Source of the DNA: the human T2T-CHM13v2.0 reference genome, Homo sapiens
Strand: one strand, 5' to 3'
Assembly (NCBI RefSeq): GCF_009914755.1
Contig: NC_060940.1
DNA: 64,000 bases
Positions 39,201 through 54,548 of this stretch are shown here, one piece after another; positions within the stretch are counted from its first letter, which is position 1; each line of letters begins with the position of its first letter. A program made the translations under genes and the position numbers. The notes beneath the pieces were generated by a model. It saw only the letters and a list, made by a program, of their open reading frames with translations. It did no database searches and was not told where the DNA came from.

Positions 39201-42200
39201 CGAATGGAAACAATGAATGGACTCCAATGGAATCATCATCGAATATAATTGAAACAATCATCAAATGGATTCGAATGCAAACATCGAATAGACTCAAATG
39301 GAATCATCATCGAATGAAATCAAATGGAATCATTGAATGGACTTGAATGGAATGGTCACCGAATGGAATCGAATGGAAACATGGAATGGAATCCAATGGA
39401 ATCATCTTCGAATAGAATTGAATGGAATCATCGAATGGACTCGAATGGAGTCATCATCAAATGGAATTGAATGGAATCATTGAATAGAATTGAATATAAT
39501 CGTCATCGAATGAAATCGCATTGAATTATCAAATGGACTCGAACGGAATCATCGTTGAATGGAATCGAATGGAATCATCGATCGGACTCGAATAGAATCA
39601 TCATCGAATGGAAAGGAATCATCAAATGAATTCGAATGGAATCATCATCGAATGTAATAGGAAGGAATCATCGAATGGAATCATCATCGAATGGAATCAA
39701 TTGGAATGATTTAACGGACTCGAATGGAATCATTGTCGAATGGAATCGAAAGAAAACATCGAATAGACACGAATTGAATCATTATGGAATGGAATCGAAT
39801 GGAGACATCATCAAATGGAATCGAAAGAAAACATCGAATAGACACGAATTGAATCATTATGGAATGGAATCGAATGGAGTCATCATCAAATGAAATCTTA
39901 TAGAATACTCATCGAAAGGAACCGAACGGAATCATCAAATGGAATAGAATATAATTATCTCTGAATGGAAACAAATGGAATCATCAAATGAAATCCAAAG
40001 GAATCATCATCAAATGGAATCGAATGGAATTATCATCAAATGGAATCAAGCAGAATCATCATCAAATGGAATAGAATGGAATCATCGAATGGGCTCGAAC
40101 GGAATCATCATCTAATGGTATCAAATCTAATCTTCGAATGTACTCGAATGGAATCATGATTGAATGGAATCGAATGTAATCTTCGAATGCACTTGAATGG
40201 AATAATCATCGAATGCAATCGAAGGGAATCATCACCAAATGGAATCAAATGGAATCATCATCAAATGGAATCAAATGGAATCCTCGAATGGAATAGAATT
40301 GAATCAACATCGAATGGAATCGAATAGAATCATCAAATGAAATCGAATGGAATCATCATCGAATGGAATCAAATCAAAACATCATCGAATGGAATCAAAT
40401 GGAATCATCAAAGAATGGAAACAAATGGAATCATCATTGAAAGGAATCAAATTGAATAATCAACGAATGGCATCGAATGGAATCATTGAAGGGAATCCAA
40501 TGTAATCTTGACTAATTGAACCCAATGGAATCATTACATGGAGTCAAATGGAATCATTGAATGGACTCAAATGGAATCATCATTGAATGGAATAGAATGG
40601 AATCATGGGACAGAATCGAATGAAATCATCATCGAATGAAATCAAATGGAATCATTGAATGGTCTCGATTCGAAGCATCATCAAATGGAATCAAAATGAA
40701 TCAGCAAATGGACTTGAATGGAATCACTGAATGGACTCGAATGGAATCACCATCAAGTGGAATCAAATGGTATCATCGAATAGACTCTAATGGAATCATC
40801 ATCAAATGGAATCGAAAGTAATAATCAAATGTACTCGAATGGAAACATTGAATGGACTCGAATGGAATCATCACCAAATGGAATCGAATGGAATCATCGA
40901 ATACAATCGAATGTAATAATCATCAAACGAAATTGCATTAAATCATGGAATGGACACGAATGGAGTAATCATCGAATGGAATCGGATGGAATCATCGAAT
41001 AGACTCATATGGAATACTCATCGAATGGGATGGAAAGGAACCATCAAAAGAAATCAGTGGAATCATCATTGAATGATATCAAATGGAATAATTGAATGGC
41101 ACAAAATGGAATCATCATCGAATGGAATCAAATGGAATCATCTAACGGACACGAATGAAATAATCATCGAATGGAATCTAATGGAAACATCGAATGGACA
41201 CAAATGGAATCATCACCGAATGTAATTGAATGGAATCATCATGAAATCGAATCGAATAGAATTGTCATTGAATGGAATCAAATGGAATCGTCGCATGGAA
41301 CAGAATGGAATCATCATTGAATGGAAACAAATAGAATCATCCAATGAAATCAAATGGAATCATCATTGAATGGAATCGAACGGAATCATCATCGAATGGA
41401 ACTGAATGGAATTGTAATCAAATGGAATCGAATGGAATCATCAAATGGACACGAATGCAATCATCAACTGTGCTTCAATGGCATCATCATGGAAAGGAAT
41501 TGAATGGAATCATCGAATGGGCTCGAATGTAATCATCATCGAATGGAAACAGATGGAATCATAGAATGGACTTGAATGGAATCATCAAATGGACTCGGAT
41601 GGAATCACCATCGAATATAATCGAAAGGAATCAACCAATGGACTTGAATGGAACCATTGAATGTACTGGAATGGAATCATCATCGAATGGAATCGAAAGA
41701 AATCATCCAATGGACTTGAATGGAATCATTGAATGTACTCGAATGGAATCATCATCGAATGCAATTGAATGGAATCATCCAATGTATCCAAATGGTATCA
41801 CCATTGAATGGAATCGAATGGAATCATCATGGAATGCAATCGAATGGAATCATCGAATGGAATCTAATGGAATCATCATTGAATGGAACCGAATGGAATC
41901 GTCAACAAATGGAATCGCATGGAATCACCGAATGGAATCTAATGGAGTCATCATCATATGGAACTGAATGGAACCATCATGGAGTGAAATCTAATGGAAT
42001 CACAATCGAATGGAATCCAATGGGATCACTGAATTGAATGGAGTGATCATTGAATGGAATAAAAAGAAATCATCAAATGGGATCAAAAGGAATCATAGAA
42101 TGGAATCAAATGGAATCATCTAACGGACACGAATGAAATAATCATCGAATGGAATCTAATGGAATCATCGAATGGACTCCAGTGGAATCATCATTGAATG

Positions 42201-45200
42201 GAATAAAATGGAATCATTGAATGAACACGAAAGGAATCATCATTGAATGGAATCCAATGGAATCATCGAATGTACTCAAATGGAAATATCATCAACTGGA
42301 ACCAAATGGAATCATCGAATGGCATCGAATAGAATCATCAAAGAATGGTATCTAAGGGAATAATCAAATGGACTCGAATGGAATTATCTAATGGACTCGA
42401 ATGGAATCATCACCGAATGGAATCGAATGATATCATCGAATGTACTTGAATGGAATCATCATCGAATGGAATTGAATGGAATCATCGAATGGACTCAAAT
42501 GGAATCATCTTCAAATGGAATCTAATGGAATCAGAGAATGGACTTGAATGGAATCATCAACGAATGGAATCAAATGTAATCATTGAATGGCATCGAATTG
42601 AATCATCAAGGAATGGAATGGAATAGAATCATTGAATGGACACAAATGGATTCATGATCGATTGGAATCGAATGGAATCTTTGAATGGACTCAATTCAAA
42701 TCATCATTGAATGCAAGTGAATGGAATCGTCATCGAATGGAATAGAATGGAATCATCAAATGGAATAGAATGGAATCATCATCAAATGTGATCAAATGGA
42801 ATCATCATCGAATGGAATCGAATGGGATCATCATCAAATGGGATAGAATGGAATCATCCAATGGAATATAATGGAATCATCATCGAATGGGATTGAATGG
42901 AATCATCAAATGAAATTGAATGGAATCTTCATCAAATGGAATAGAATGGATTCATCATCGAATGGAACCTAATGGATTAATCATCCAGTGTAATTAAATG
43001 GAATCATCATCGAATGGAATCGAATGGAATCATCATCGAATGGAATCATCATCGAATGGAATCAAATGGAATCATCCAATGTAATAGAATTGAATCTTCA
43101 TTGAATGGAATCAAATATAATCATCGAATGAAATCGAATGGAATCATCATCAGATGGAATCGAATGGAATCATCAATGAAAGGAATCGAATGGAATCAAA
43201 GAATGGAAGCCAATGTAATCATCATCGTATTGAACTCAATGGAATCATTAAATGGACACGAATGGAATCATTGAATGGACTCGAAAGGAATCATCATCAA
43301 ATGGAATAGAATGGAATCATTCAATAGAATGAAATGGAATCATCATCGAATGAAATCAAATGGAATCATCAAATGGACTCGAATGGAATCATCATCAAAT
43401 GTAATCGAATGGAATCATCGAATGGACTCAAATGGAATCATCATCGAATGGACTCAAAAAGAATTATCAAATGGACATGAATGGAATCATCATCGAATAG
43501 ACTCAAATGGAATTACCGAATGGACTCGAAAAGAATCATGGATTGGACTCAAATGGAATTATCAAATGGGCTCGAATGGAATCATCTAATGGAATCGAAT
43601 GGAATCATTATCGAATGGAATCAAATGGAATCATAGAATGGAATAGAAAGGAATCATCGTACATAATTGACTGCAATAATAATCGAATGGAATCAAAAGT
43701 AATCATCAAATGGAAGTGAATGCAGTCATCATCAAATGGAATCGAATGGAATAATCGAATGGAATCAAATGGAATCATCCTCAAATGTAATTGAATAGAA
43801 TCATCAAATGGAATCAAATGGAATAATCGAATGGAATTGAATGGAATCAGTATCAAATGATATCAAAAGGAATCATCATTGAATAGACTCGAATGGAATC
43901 ATTGAATGGAATCATCGTCAAATGGAGTCAAATGGAATCATCAAATGGAATCCAATGGAATCATCATAGAATGGAATTGAATGGAATCATCGAGTGAAAT
44001 CGAATGGATTCATCACTGAATGAGATCGAATGGTATCATGGAATGCACTCAAATGGAATCAAAAATGAATGGTATAGAATGGTATCAATGAATGGAATCG
44101 AATGGAATCATCTTCAATTGGAATCAAAATGAATCACCGAATGGACTCCAATGGAATAATCATAAAAAGGAATCAAACAGAACAATTGAATGGAATCGAA
44201 TGGAATCATCATCGAATGGAATTGAATGGAATCTTTGAATGGACTCGAATGGAATCATCATGGTATGGAATCGGATGGAATACTCGAATGGAATCGAATG
44301 GAATCATCATCAAATGGCATCAAATGGAATCATCATCGAATGGAATAGAAAAGAATCAACATCAAATGGAGTCGAAAGGAATCATCATTGAATGGAATCC
44401 AAAGGAATCATCATCGAGTGGAATCGAATGGAATCATCATCAAATGGAACCGAAAAAAGTCATCATCGAAAGGAATTGCATGGAATCATCATCGAATGGA
44501 ATCGAATGGAATCATCATCAAATGGAGTCGAATGGAATCATCGAATGGAATTGAATGGAATCATCATCAAATGAATTGAATGGAATCATCGAATGGTCGC
44601 GAATGGAATCATTATCAAATGGAATCGAATGGAATCACCAAACAGAATCGAATGGAATAATCATCTAATGGTCTTGAATGGAATTATCATCAAATGGAAT
44701 CAAATGGAATTATCGAATGGTATCGAATAGAATCATCGAATGGACTCGAATGGAATCATCAAATGGAATGGAATGGAATAATCAATGATCTCGAATGGAG
44801 TCATCATTGAATGGAATCGAATGGAATCATCGATTGGAATCGAATGGAATCATGATCAAATGGAATCGAATGGAATCATCATTGAATGGAATCGAAAAGA
44901 ATCACCGTCAATTAGAATTGAGTGGAATCGTCATCAAATGGAATCCAAAGGAAACATCATTGAATGGAACCAAATGGAATCATCATCGAATGGAAACGAA
45001 AGGAGGCATCATCGAATGGAATCGCATGGAATCATCATAGAATGGAATTGAATGGAATCATCATCAAATGGAATCTAATGGAATCATCAAATGAAATTGA
45101 GTGGAATCATCAATGAATGAATTGAATGGAATAATCGAATGTTCTCGAATGGAATCATCTTCAAATGGAATCGAATGGAATCGAATGGAATCATCACATA

Positions 45201-48200
45201 GAATCGAATGGAATTATCATCGAATGGACTCGAATGTAATCAACCTCAAACGGAATCAAATGGAATTACCAAACGGAATTCAAGAGAATCATCGAATGGA
45301 CTCTAATGGAATCATTGAATAGAATGGAATGGAATAATCCATGGACTCGAATGCAATCATCATCGAATGGAATTGAATGGAATCATCGAATGGACTCGAA
45401 TGGAATCATCATCGAATGGAATCGAATGGTATCATCAAATGGAATCAGATGGAATCATCATCGAATGGAATCAAATAGAATTATGGAATGAAATCGAAAG
45501 TGATCATCATTGAATGGACTCGAATGGAATCATCATCTAATGGAAAATATTGGAATCATCCAATGGAATTGAATGGAATCATCATCAAATGAATTGAATG
45601 GAATCATCAAATGGTCTCGAATGGAATCTTCATCAAATGGAATCGAATGGAATCATCATCAAATGGAATCAAATGGAATCATCGAATGTACTCGAATGGA
45701 GTCATCATCGAATGGAATTGAATGGATTCATCGAATGGACATGAATGGAATCACCATTGAATGGAATCGAAAGGAATGATGGTTTGGACTCCAATGTAAT
45801 CACCGAATGGACTTGAATGGAATCATCATTGAAAGGAATCAAGTGAAATCATCATCAGATGGAATCAAATGGAATCATCACTGAATGGAATCAAATGAAA
45901 TCACCGAATTGAATCAAATGGAATGATCATCAAAGGGAATCAAAGGAAATCATCGAATGGGATCAAGTGGAGTCATCGAATGGAATCGAGTGGAATCATC
46001 GAATGGATTTGAACAGAATCAACATCGAATGGAATCAAATGGAATCATCGAATGGACTCGAATGGAATCATCTAATGCACTCGAATGGAATAATCATCGA
46101 ATGTAATCGAATGGACTCATCCAATGGAATCAAATGGAATCATCAAATGGAATCGAACGGAATCATCATCAAACGGAACCGAATGGAATCATTGAATGGA
46201 ATCAAAGGCAATCATGATCGAATGGAATCAAATGGAAACATCATTGAATAGAATTGAATGGAATCATCACATGGAATCGAATGGAATCATCGTAAATGGA
46301 ATCAAGTGGAATCATCGAATGGAATCTAAGGGAATCATCGTCGAATGGAATTGAATGGAATCTTTGAATGGATTCGATTGGAATCAAGATCGAATGGACT
46401 TGAATTGAATTATCGAATGGATTTGAATGGAATCATCATCGAATGGAATCCAATGGAATCATGGAATGGAATCGAATGGAATCATCATTGACTTGAATTG
46501 AATGGAATCATCAAATGGACTCGAATGGAATCATCATAGAATAGAATCGAATGCAATTATCAAATGGACTTGAATGAAATCACCTTTGAATGGAATCAAA
46601 GGGAATGATTGAAAGGAATCGAATGCCATCATCATCGAATGGAATCGAAAGGAATCATCGAATGGAATTGAATGGAATCACCGTTGAATGGACTCGAATG
46701 GAATCATCATCGTATGGAATCGAATGGAATCATCATCATATGGAATCAAATGGAATCATCGAATGGACACGAATGGAATCATCGCCAAATGGAATCAAGT
46801 GGATCATCGAATAGAAACTAATGGAATCATTGTTGAAAGAAATGGAATGGAATCTTTGAATGGAATTGAGTGGAATCACCAATGAATGGAATAGAATGGA
46901 ATCATCGTCAAATGGAATAGAATGGAATAATGGAATGGACACGAATGGAAACGTCATCGAACGGAAACCGGTGGAACCATAGAATGAACACAAAATGAAT
47001 CATAATCGAATGCAATCGAAAGGAATCATCATTGAATGCAATCACATGGAATCATCACAGAATGGAATCGTACGGAATCATCATCGAATGCAATTGAATG
47101 GAATCATCATTGAAAGGAATCAAGTGAAATCATCATCAGATGGAATCAAATGGAATCATCATTAAATGGAATTGAATGGAATCATCAAGTGGACACGAAT
47201 ACAATACATAAATGGACTCGAATGGAATCATTGAATGGAACCGAATGGAATCATCGATTGGACTTGAATGGAATCATCGTCAAGTGGAATCAGATGGAAT
47301 CAACGAAGGGATTTGAATGGAATAATCGAATGAATTCGGATGGAATCCACATAGAATGGAATTGAATTGAATCATTCAATGGACTCCAATGGAATAATCA
47401 TCGAATGGAATCAAATGAAATCATGATCAGATGGAATCAAATGGAATCATCACTGAATGGAATCGAATGGAATCATCGAATGGACTCGAATGGAATCATA
47501 GAATGGAATAGAACAGAATCATCGAATGGACTTGAATGGAATCATCATCCAATGGAATCAGATGGAATCATCATCGAATGGAAACAAATGGAATTAATGA
47601 ATGGAATTGAAAGGAATCATCTTCGAATGAAATCAAATAGAAGCATCGAATGAAATCGAATGGAATCGGAGAATGGATTCAGATGGAATCATCATCAAAT
47701 GGAATCGAATAGAAGCATTGAATGAAATCAAATGGAATTATCATCCAATGGACTCGTATGGAATCATCATCGAATTGACTCATATGGAATCATCGTAGAA
47801 TGGATACCAATGGAATCATCATCGAATGGATTCGAATGGAAACATCATCTAATTGAATCAAATAGAATCATCATGGAATTGAATCGAATTGCTCACCGCC
47901 GAATGGAATCAAATGGAATCACCGAATGGAATCCAATGGAATCATCATTGAATGGAATCAAATGGAGTCATCATCGAATGGAATAAAATGGAATCATCCA
48001 ATGGAAGAGAATTGAATCATCATTGAATGGAAACGAATAAAATCATCGAAAGGAATCTAATAGAATCATCAAATGAAATCGAATGGAATCACCATTGAAT
48101 AGAATCGAATGGAATCAACATCAAATGGAAACAAATGGAATCATCATCGAATGGAATCGAATGGAATCATCATCAAATGGAATCGAATGGAATCATCCAA

Positions 48201-50629
48201 TATAATAGAATTGAATCACCATCGAACGGAATCGAATAGAATCATCGAATGAACTCAAATGGAATCATCATTGAATGGAATCGAATCATCAACGAATGGA
48301 ATTGAATGGAATCATAGAATGGAATCCAATGTAATCATCATCGAATTGAACCCAATGGAATCATTAAATGGACTCGAATGGAATCATCGAATGGACTCGA
48401 ATGGAATCATCATCGAATGGAACAGAATGGAGTCATCGAATGGAATCGAATGGAATCATCATCAAATGAAATCAAATGGAATCATCGTATGGACTCCAAC
48501 GGACTCATCATCGACTGGAATTGAACAGAAGCATCGAATGAAATCAAATGGAATTATCATCGAACGGACCCATATGGAATCATCATTGAATTGACTCATA
48601 TGGAATCATCGCCGAATGGATTCCAATGGAATAATCATGGAATGGATTGGAATGGAAACATCATCTAATTGAATCAAATAGAATCATCATGGAATTGAAT
48701 CGAATTGCTCACCGTCGCATGGAATCAAATGGAATCATCGAATGGAATTGAATGGAATCATCATCGAATGGAATGAAATGGAATCATCCAATGGCCGAGA
48801 AGTGAATCATCATTGAATGGAATCGAATAGAATCATCAAATGAAATCCAATGGAATCATCATCGAATACAATCGAATTGAATCAACATCAAATGGAATCG
48901 AATGGAATCATCCAATATAATAGAATGGAATCACCATCGAAGAGAATCGCACAGAATCATCGAATGAACTCAAATGGAATCATCATCGAATGGAATCAAA
49001 TTGTCAATGAACGGAATTGAATGGAATCATAGAATGGAATCCAATGTAATCATCATTGAATTGAACCCAATGGAATCATTAAATGGACTCGAATGGAATC
49101 ATCGAATGGACTCGAATGGAATCATCATCGAATGGAATAGAATGGAATCATTGAATGGAATCGAATGGAATCATCATTGAATGAAATCAAATGGAATCAT
49201 CATATGGACTCGAATGGAATCATCATCGAATGGAACTGAATGGAATCATCGAATGGACTCGAATGGAATCATCATCGAATTGAATTCAAAGAAATCATCA
49301 AATGGACTTGAATGGAATCATGGAATGGACTCGAATGGAATCATCAACGAATGAAATCGAATGGAATCACCAAATGGTCATGAATGGAATCATCATCTAA
49401 TAGCAACGAATGGAATCATCGAATGGACTCGGATGGAATATCATCGAATGGAATTAAAAGCAATCATCGAATGGACTCCAGTGGAAATATTGAATGGACT
49501 AAAATGGAATCTTTATCGAAAGGACTCCAAAAGAATGATTGAATGGTCTCGAATGGAATCATCGATTGGACTCAAATGGAATTATCGAATATCCGCAAAT
49601 GGAATCATCGAATGGACTCGAAAGGAATCATCGAATGCAATTGATCAGAATCATCATCGAATGGAATCAAATGGAACCATCAAATGGAATCGAATGGATC
49701 ATCGAATGCAATTGATCAGAATCATCATCGAATGGAATCAAATGGAATCATCAAATGGAATCGAATGCAGTCATCATCAAATAGAATCGAGTGGAATCAT
49801 CATCGAATACAATCGAATGGAATCATCAAATGGAATCAAATGGAATCACCATTGAGTGGAATCAAATGGAATCATCATCAAATGGAATCGAAAAGAATCA
49901 TCATCAAATGGAATCGAATGGAAGCATCATCGAATGGAATCCAAAGGAATCATCATCGAATGGAACCGAATGTAATGATCTTTGAATGGAAGCAAAAGGA
50001 GTCATCATCGAATGGATTCTGATGGAATCATCATTGAATGGAATCGAATGGAATCATCATCTAATGGAAAATATTGGAATCATCCAATGGAATTGAATGG
50101 AATCATCATCAAATGAATTGAATGGAATCATCAAATGGTCTCGAATGGAATCCTCATCAAATGGAATCGAATGGAATCATCGAATAGAATCAAATGTAAT
50201 AATGATCGAATGGACTCGAATGGAATCAACATCAAATGGAATCGAATGGAATTATCAAATGGAATCAAATAGAAACATCGAGTGGACTCGAATGGAATCT
50301 TCGAATGGAATTGAATGGGATAGTCAACGGACCCTAATAGAATCATCATCCTATGGAATTAAATGAAATCATCAAATGTACACGTATGGAATCTTCATCG
50401 AAAGGAATCGAATGGAATCATCGAATGGACTCGAATGGAAGCATTGAATGGATTCATCAAATGGAGTCGAACTGAATAATCATCGAATGGTATCGAATGG
50501 AATCATCGAATGGACTCAAATGGAATCATCACGGAATGGAATCGAACGGAATCATTGAATAGAGTCAAATGGAATCTTCCTCGAAAGGAATCGAATGGAA
50601 TCGTCCAATGGACACGAATGGAATCATCA

Positions 50630-53600
50630 TCGAATGGAATTTTCCTCAAAAGGAATCGAATGGAATCGTCCAATGGACACGAATAGAATCATCATCGAAT
50701 GGAATCAAATGGAACCATCAAATTCAACAGAATGGAACCATTGAATGGACTTGAAATGAATTGTCATCAAATGGAATCGAATGGAATGATTGAAGGCACT
50801 TGAAAGGAATCATCGAATTGACTCGAAAGGAATCATCACCTAGTGGAATCCAATAGAATTATCGAATGGACTCGAAAGGAATCTTTGAATGGACTCAAAT
50901 GGAATCATCATCGAACGGAATCTAATGGAATCATTGAATGGACTCGAATGGAGCCCTCATGGAATGTAATAAAAGAGAATCACCAAATGCACTAAAATGG
51001 GATGATTGAATAGCCTCGAATTGCATCATCATTAAACGGAATCGAATGGAGTGATCTCATGGACTCGAATGTAATCATCAAATGGACTCAAAAGGAATCA
51101 TCATCAAGTGGAATCGAGTGAAATCATCGAATGGACTCGAATGCCATCATCGAATGTGGTCGAATGGAATCATCATTGAATAGAATCTAATGGAATCATC
51201 ACATGGGCTTGAATGCAATCATTATCGAATGTAATGGAATGGAATCATTGAATGGATTCGAATGGAATCATCATCAAATGGAATCAAAAGGAATAATCGA
51301 ATGGACTCGAAGGGAATCATCGAATGAACTCTAATGGAATCATTATCAAACGGAATCCAATGGAATCATTGAATGGACTCGAATGGAATCATCATCGAAT
51401 GGAATTGAATGGAATCATCGAATGGAATGGAATGGAATCATCCTCGAATGGAATCTAATGAAATCACCGAATGGACACGAATGGAATCATCCAATGGATT
51501 TGAGTGGAATCATCATTGAATGGAATCGAATGGAATCATCAAATGGACTCGAATGGAATCATCTTCGAATGGAATCGAATGAAATCACAATCGAATGGAA
51601 TGGAATGGAGTCATCATCTAATGGAGTCGAATGGAATCATCATTGAATATAATAGAATGGAGTCACCATATTGAATCAAATGGAAAGATCATTGAATGGA
51701 ATTGAAGGGAATCATCGAATGGGAATGAAAGGAGTCATCAAATGGAATTGAGTGGAATCATCAAATGGATTCGAATGGAATGATCATCGAATGGAATTGA
51801 ATGGTATCATCGAATGGACTCGAATGGAATCATCATCAAATGCAACCAAATGGAATCATCGAATGGACACGAATGCAATCATCATTGAGTGGAATCAAAT
51901 GGAATCATGGAATGGCATCGAATGGAATCATCATCGAATGTAGTCTAATAAAATAACCGAATGGACTCAAATAGAATCATCGAATCAAGTCGAATGGAAT
52001 CGTCATCGAATGGAATCCAATGGAATCATCGAATAGCATCAAATGGAATCATCGTCGAATGGATTCAAATGGAATCATCGAATGGACTCGAATGGAATCG
52101 TCATGGAATGTAATCGAATGGAATCTTCGAATGGACTCGAATGGAATCAGCATAGAATGGAATCTAATGGAATCATCGAACGGGATAGAATTGAATCATC
52201 ATTGAATGGAATCGAGTAGAATCATTGAATGAAATCGAATGGAATCATCATCGAATGGAATCGGGTGGAATCATCAATGAATGGAATCGAATGGAATCAT
52301 AGAATGGAATCCAATGTAATCATCTTCGAATTGAAAACAAAGCAATCATTAAATGTACTCTAATGGAATCATCGAATGGACTCGAATGGAATCATCGTTG
52401 AATGGAGTCGAATGGAATCTTCCTCGAAAGGAATAGAATGGAATCGTCCAATGGACACGAATGGAATCATCATCGAATGGAACCAAATGGAACCATCAAA
52501 TTCAACAGAATGGAACCATTGAATGGACTGGAAATGAATCGTCATCGAATGGAATCGAATGGAATCATTGAAGGCACTTGAAAGGAATCATCGAATTGAC
52601 TCGAAAGGAATCATCACCTAGTGGAATCCAATAGAATTATCGAATGGACTCGAAAGGAATCTTTGAATGGACTCAAATGGAATCATCATCGAATGGAATC
52701 TAATGGAATCATTGAATGGACTCGAATGGAGCCCTCATCGAATGTAATAAAAGAGAATCACCGAATGCACTAAAATGGGAAGATCGAATAGCCACGAATT
52801 GCATCATCATTAAACGGACTCGAATGGAGTCATCTCATGGACTTGAATGTAATCATCAAATGGACTCAAAAGGAATCATCATCAAGTGGAATCGAGTGAA
52901 ATCATCGAATGGACTCGAATGCCATCATCGAATGTGGTCGAATGGAATCATCATTGAATAGAATCTAATGGAATCATCACATGGGCTGGAAAGTAATCAT
53001 TATCGAACGGAATCATAATCAAATGGAATGGAATGGAATCATTGAATGGAATCGAATGGAATCATCATCAAATGGAATCAAAAGGAATAATCGAATGGAC
53101 TCGAAGGGAATCATCGAATGAACTCTAATGGAATAATTATCAAACGGAATCCAATGGAATCATTGAATGGACTCGAATGGAATCATCATCGAATGGAATT
53201 GAATGGAATCATCGAATGGAATGGAATGGAATCATGCTCGAATGGAATCTAATGAAATCACCGAATGGACACGAATGCAATCATCCAATGGATTTGAGTG
53301 GAATCATCATTGAATGGAATCGAATGGAATCATCAAATGGACTCGAATGGAATCATCTTCGAATGGAATCGAATGAAATCACAATCGAATGGAATGGAAT
53401 GGAGTCATCATCTAATGGAGTCGAATGGAATCATCATTGAATATAATAGAATGGAGTCACCATATTGAATCAAATGGAAAGATCATCGAATGGAATTGAA
53501 GGGAATCATCGAATGGGAATGAATGGAGTCATCAAATGGAATTGAGTGGAATCATCAAATGGATTCGAATGGAATGATCATCGAATGGAATTGAATGGTA

Positions 53601-54180
53601 TCATCGAATGGACTCGAATGGAATCATCATCAAATGGAACCAAATGGAATCATCGAATGGACACGAATGCAATCATCATTGAGTGGAATCAAATGGAATC
53701 ATTGAATGGTATCGAATGGAATCATCATCGAAAGTAGTCTAATAAAATAACCGAATGGACTCAAATAGAATCATCGAATCAAGTCGAATGGAATCATCAT
53801 CGAATGGAATCCAATGGAATCATCGAATAGCATCAAATGGAATCATTGTCGAATGGATTCAAATGGAATCATCGAATGGACTCGAATGGAATCGTCATTT
53901 AATGTAATCGAATGGAATCTTCGAATGGACTCGAATGGAATGATCATAGAATGGAACCTAATGGAATCATCGAATGGAATAGAATTGAATCATCATTGAA
54001 TGGAATCGAGTAGAAACATTGAAAGAAATCGAATGGAATCATCATCGAATGGAATCGGGTGGAATCATCAATGAATGGAATCGAATGGAATCATAGAATG
54101 GAATCCAATGTAATCATCTTCGAATTGAAAACAAAGCAATCATTAAATGTACTCTAATGGAATCATCGAATGGACTCGAG
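50630..54180. repeat. ~1.78-1.79-kb tandem duplication within HSat2 (two copies)
   Basis: ORF pairs 51383/53177, 51752/53546 and 52020/53814 are all offset by 1794; TTCAACAGAATGGAACC at 50723/52501 is offset by 1778. Confidence 0.9.
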
Positions 54181-54548
54181 TAGAATCATCGTTGAATGGA
54201 ATATAATGGAATCATCGAATGCAATCGAATGGAATCATGGAATGGACTCGAATGGAATCATCATAGAATGGAATGAAAGGAATCATCAAATGGACTTGAA
54301 TGAAATCATTGAATGGACTCAAAAGGAATCATCATCGCATGGTATTGAAAATAATCGTTGAATTTACCCTAATGGGAAAATCGTTGAATGGAATGGAAAG
54401 CAATCATTTAATGGAATAGAATGGAATCATCATTGAATGGAATCAAATGGAATCCTCAATGAATGGAATCGAATGGAATCATCATCGAATGGAATTGAAC
54501 GGAAACATCAGCGAATGGAATCGAAAGGAATCATCATGGAATAGATTC

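Larger units (their letters stand above)
29669..54548 (-). repeat. HSat2/HSATII block 2 (~24.9 kb), GGAAT strand on +
   Basis: Same 23/26-bp CATCGAATGGA(A/C)TCGAATGGAAT units as block 1, with no obvious interspersed element. Confidence 0.93.

Noticed and set aside
39740-39890. 75-bp doublet (GAAAGAAAACATCGAATAGACACGAATTG twice)
   Set aside because: Ordinary slippage-scale satellite duplication with no added significance.
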